From Enoplolaimus lenunculus (taxonomy: Eukaryota), in contig JASANG010001546.1 in NCBI GenBank assembly GCA_030248215.1, forward strand, positions 124,001 to 188,000: DNA of 64,000 nucleotides, read 5' to 3'. The notes under the pieces are model-generated. The model worked only from the letters and a program-made list of their open reading frames with translations. It was not told the origin of the DNA and ran no database searches. This document shows positions 63,856 through 64,000 of the stretch, piece after piece. Position 1 is the stretch's first letter. Each line of letters begins with the position of its first letter. The translations under genes were made by a program, and so were the position numbers.

Positions 63856-64000
63856 TTATTGCTGTTGTTTATTGTTTTCTTTTTTCAATTTATAACATTG
63901 TTTAATTTGACTAAATTTGGTAAACACAAATTTTCAAATTAATTTTGTTCGGTAGATTTTTTTTGACCACAAACGAATCGAATTAAATTTTGAAAAACAA

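Overview
Eukaryotic, AT-rich, intron-rich animal genomic DNA. It is most likely nematode-like, based on frequent TTTCAG/TTTTAG splice acceptors and abundant TTAGGC (nematode telomere hexamer) arrays; the taxon is inferred. I assembled three spliced genes by hand with consistent intron phases. (1) A minus-strand CAAP1-family gene (8440-21211, start possibly at 27530). Its N-terminal CAAP1 domain and C-terminal ELELRARAIKA motif are separated by a huge low-complexity expansion carried on a single 7.87-kb last exon (at least 2841 aa). (2) A divergently oriented exportin-5 (XPO5) gene, 6 exons, 30905-37137, about 1274 aa. (3) A plus-strand receptor tyrosine kinase (signal peptide, Cys-rich region, two FN3-like domains, S/T stalk, TM, start of an FGFR/RET/Torso-like kinase) from 47873, continuing past the window end. 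Introns and intergenic DNA are saturated with non-autonomous DNA transposons (MITEs): hAT-like elements with 8-bp TSDs, CACTG/TA elements, Harbinger-like elements, and a family that carries TTAGGC arrays. There is also a decayed CR1-type LINE 3' end, a tRNA-derived element and several minisatellites. No prokaryotic features, CRISPR arrays or intact transposase were seen.
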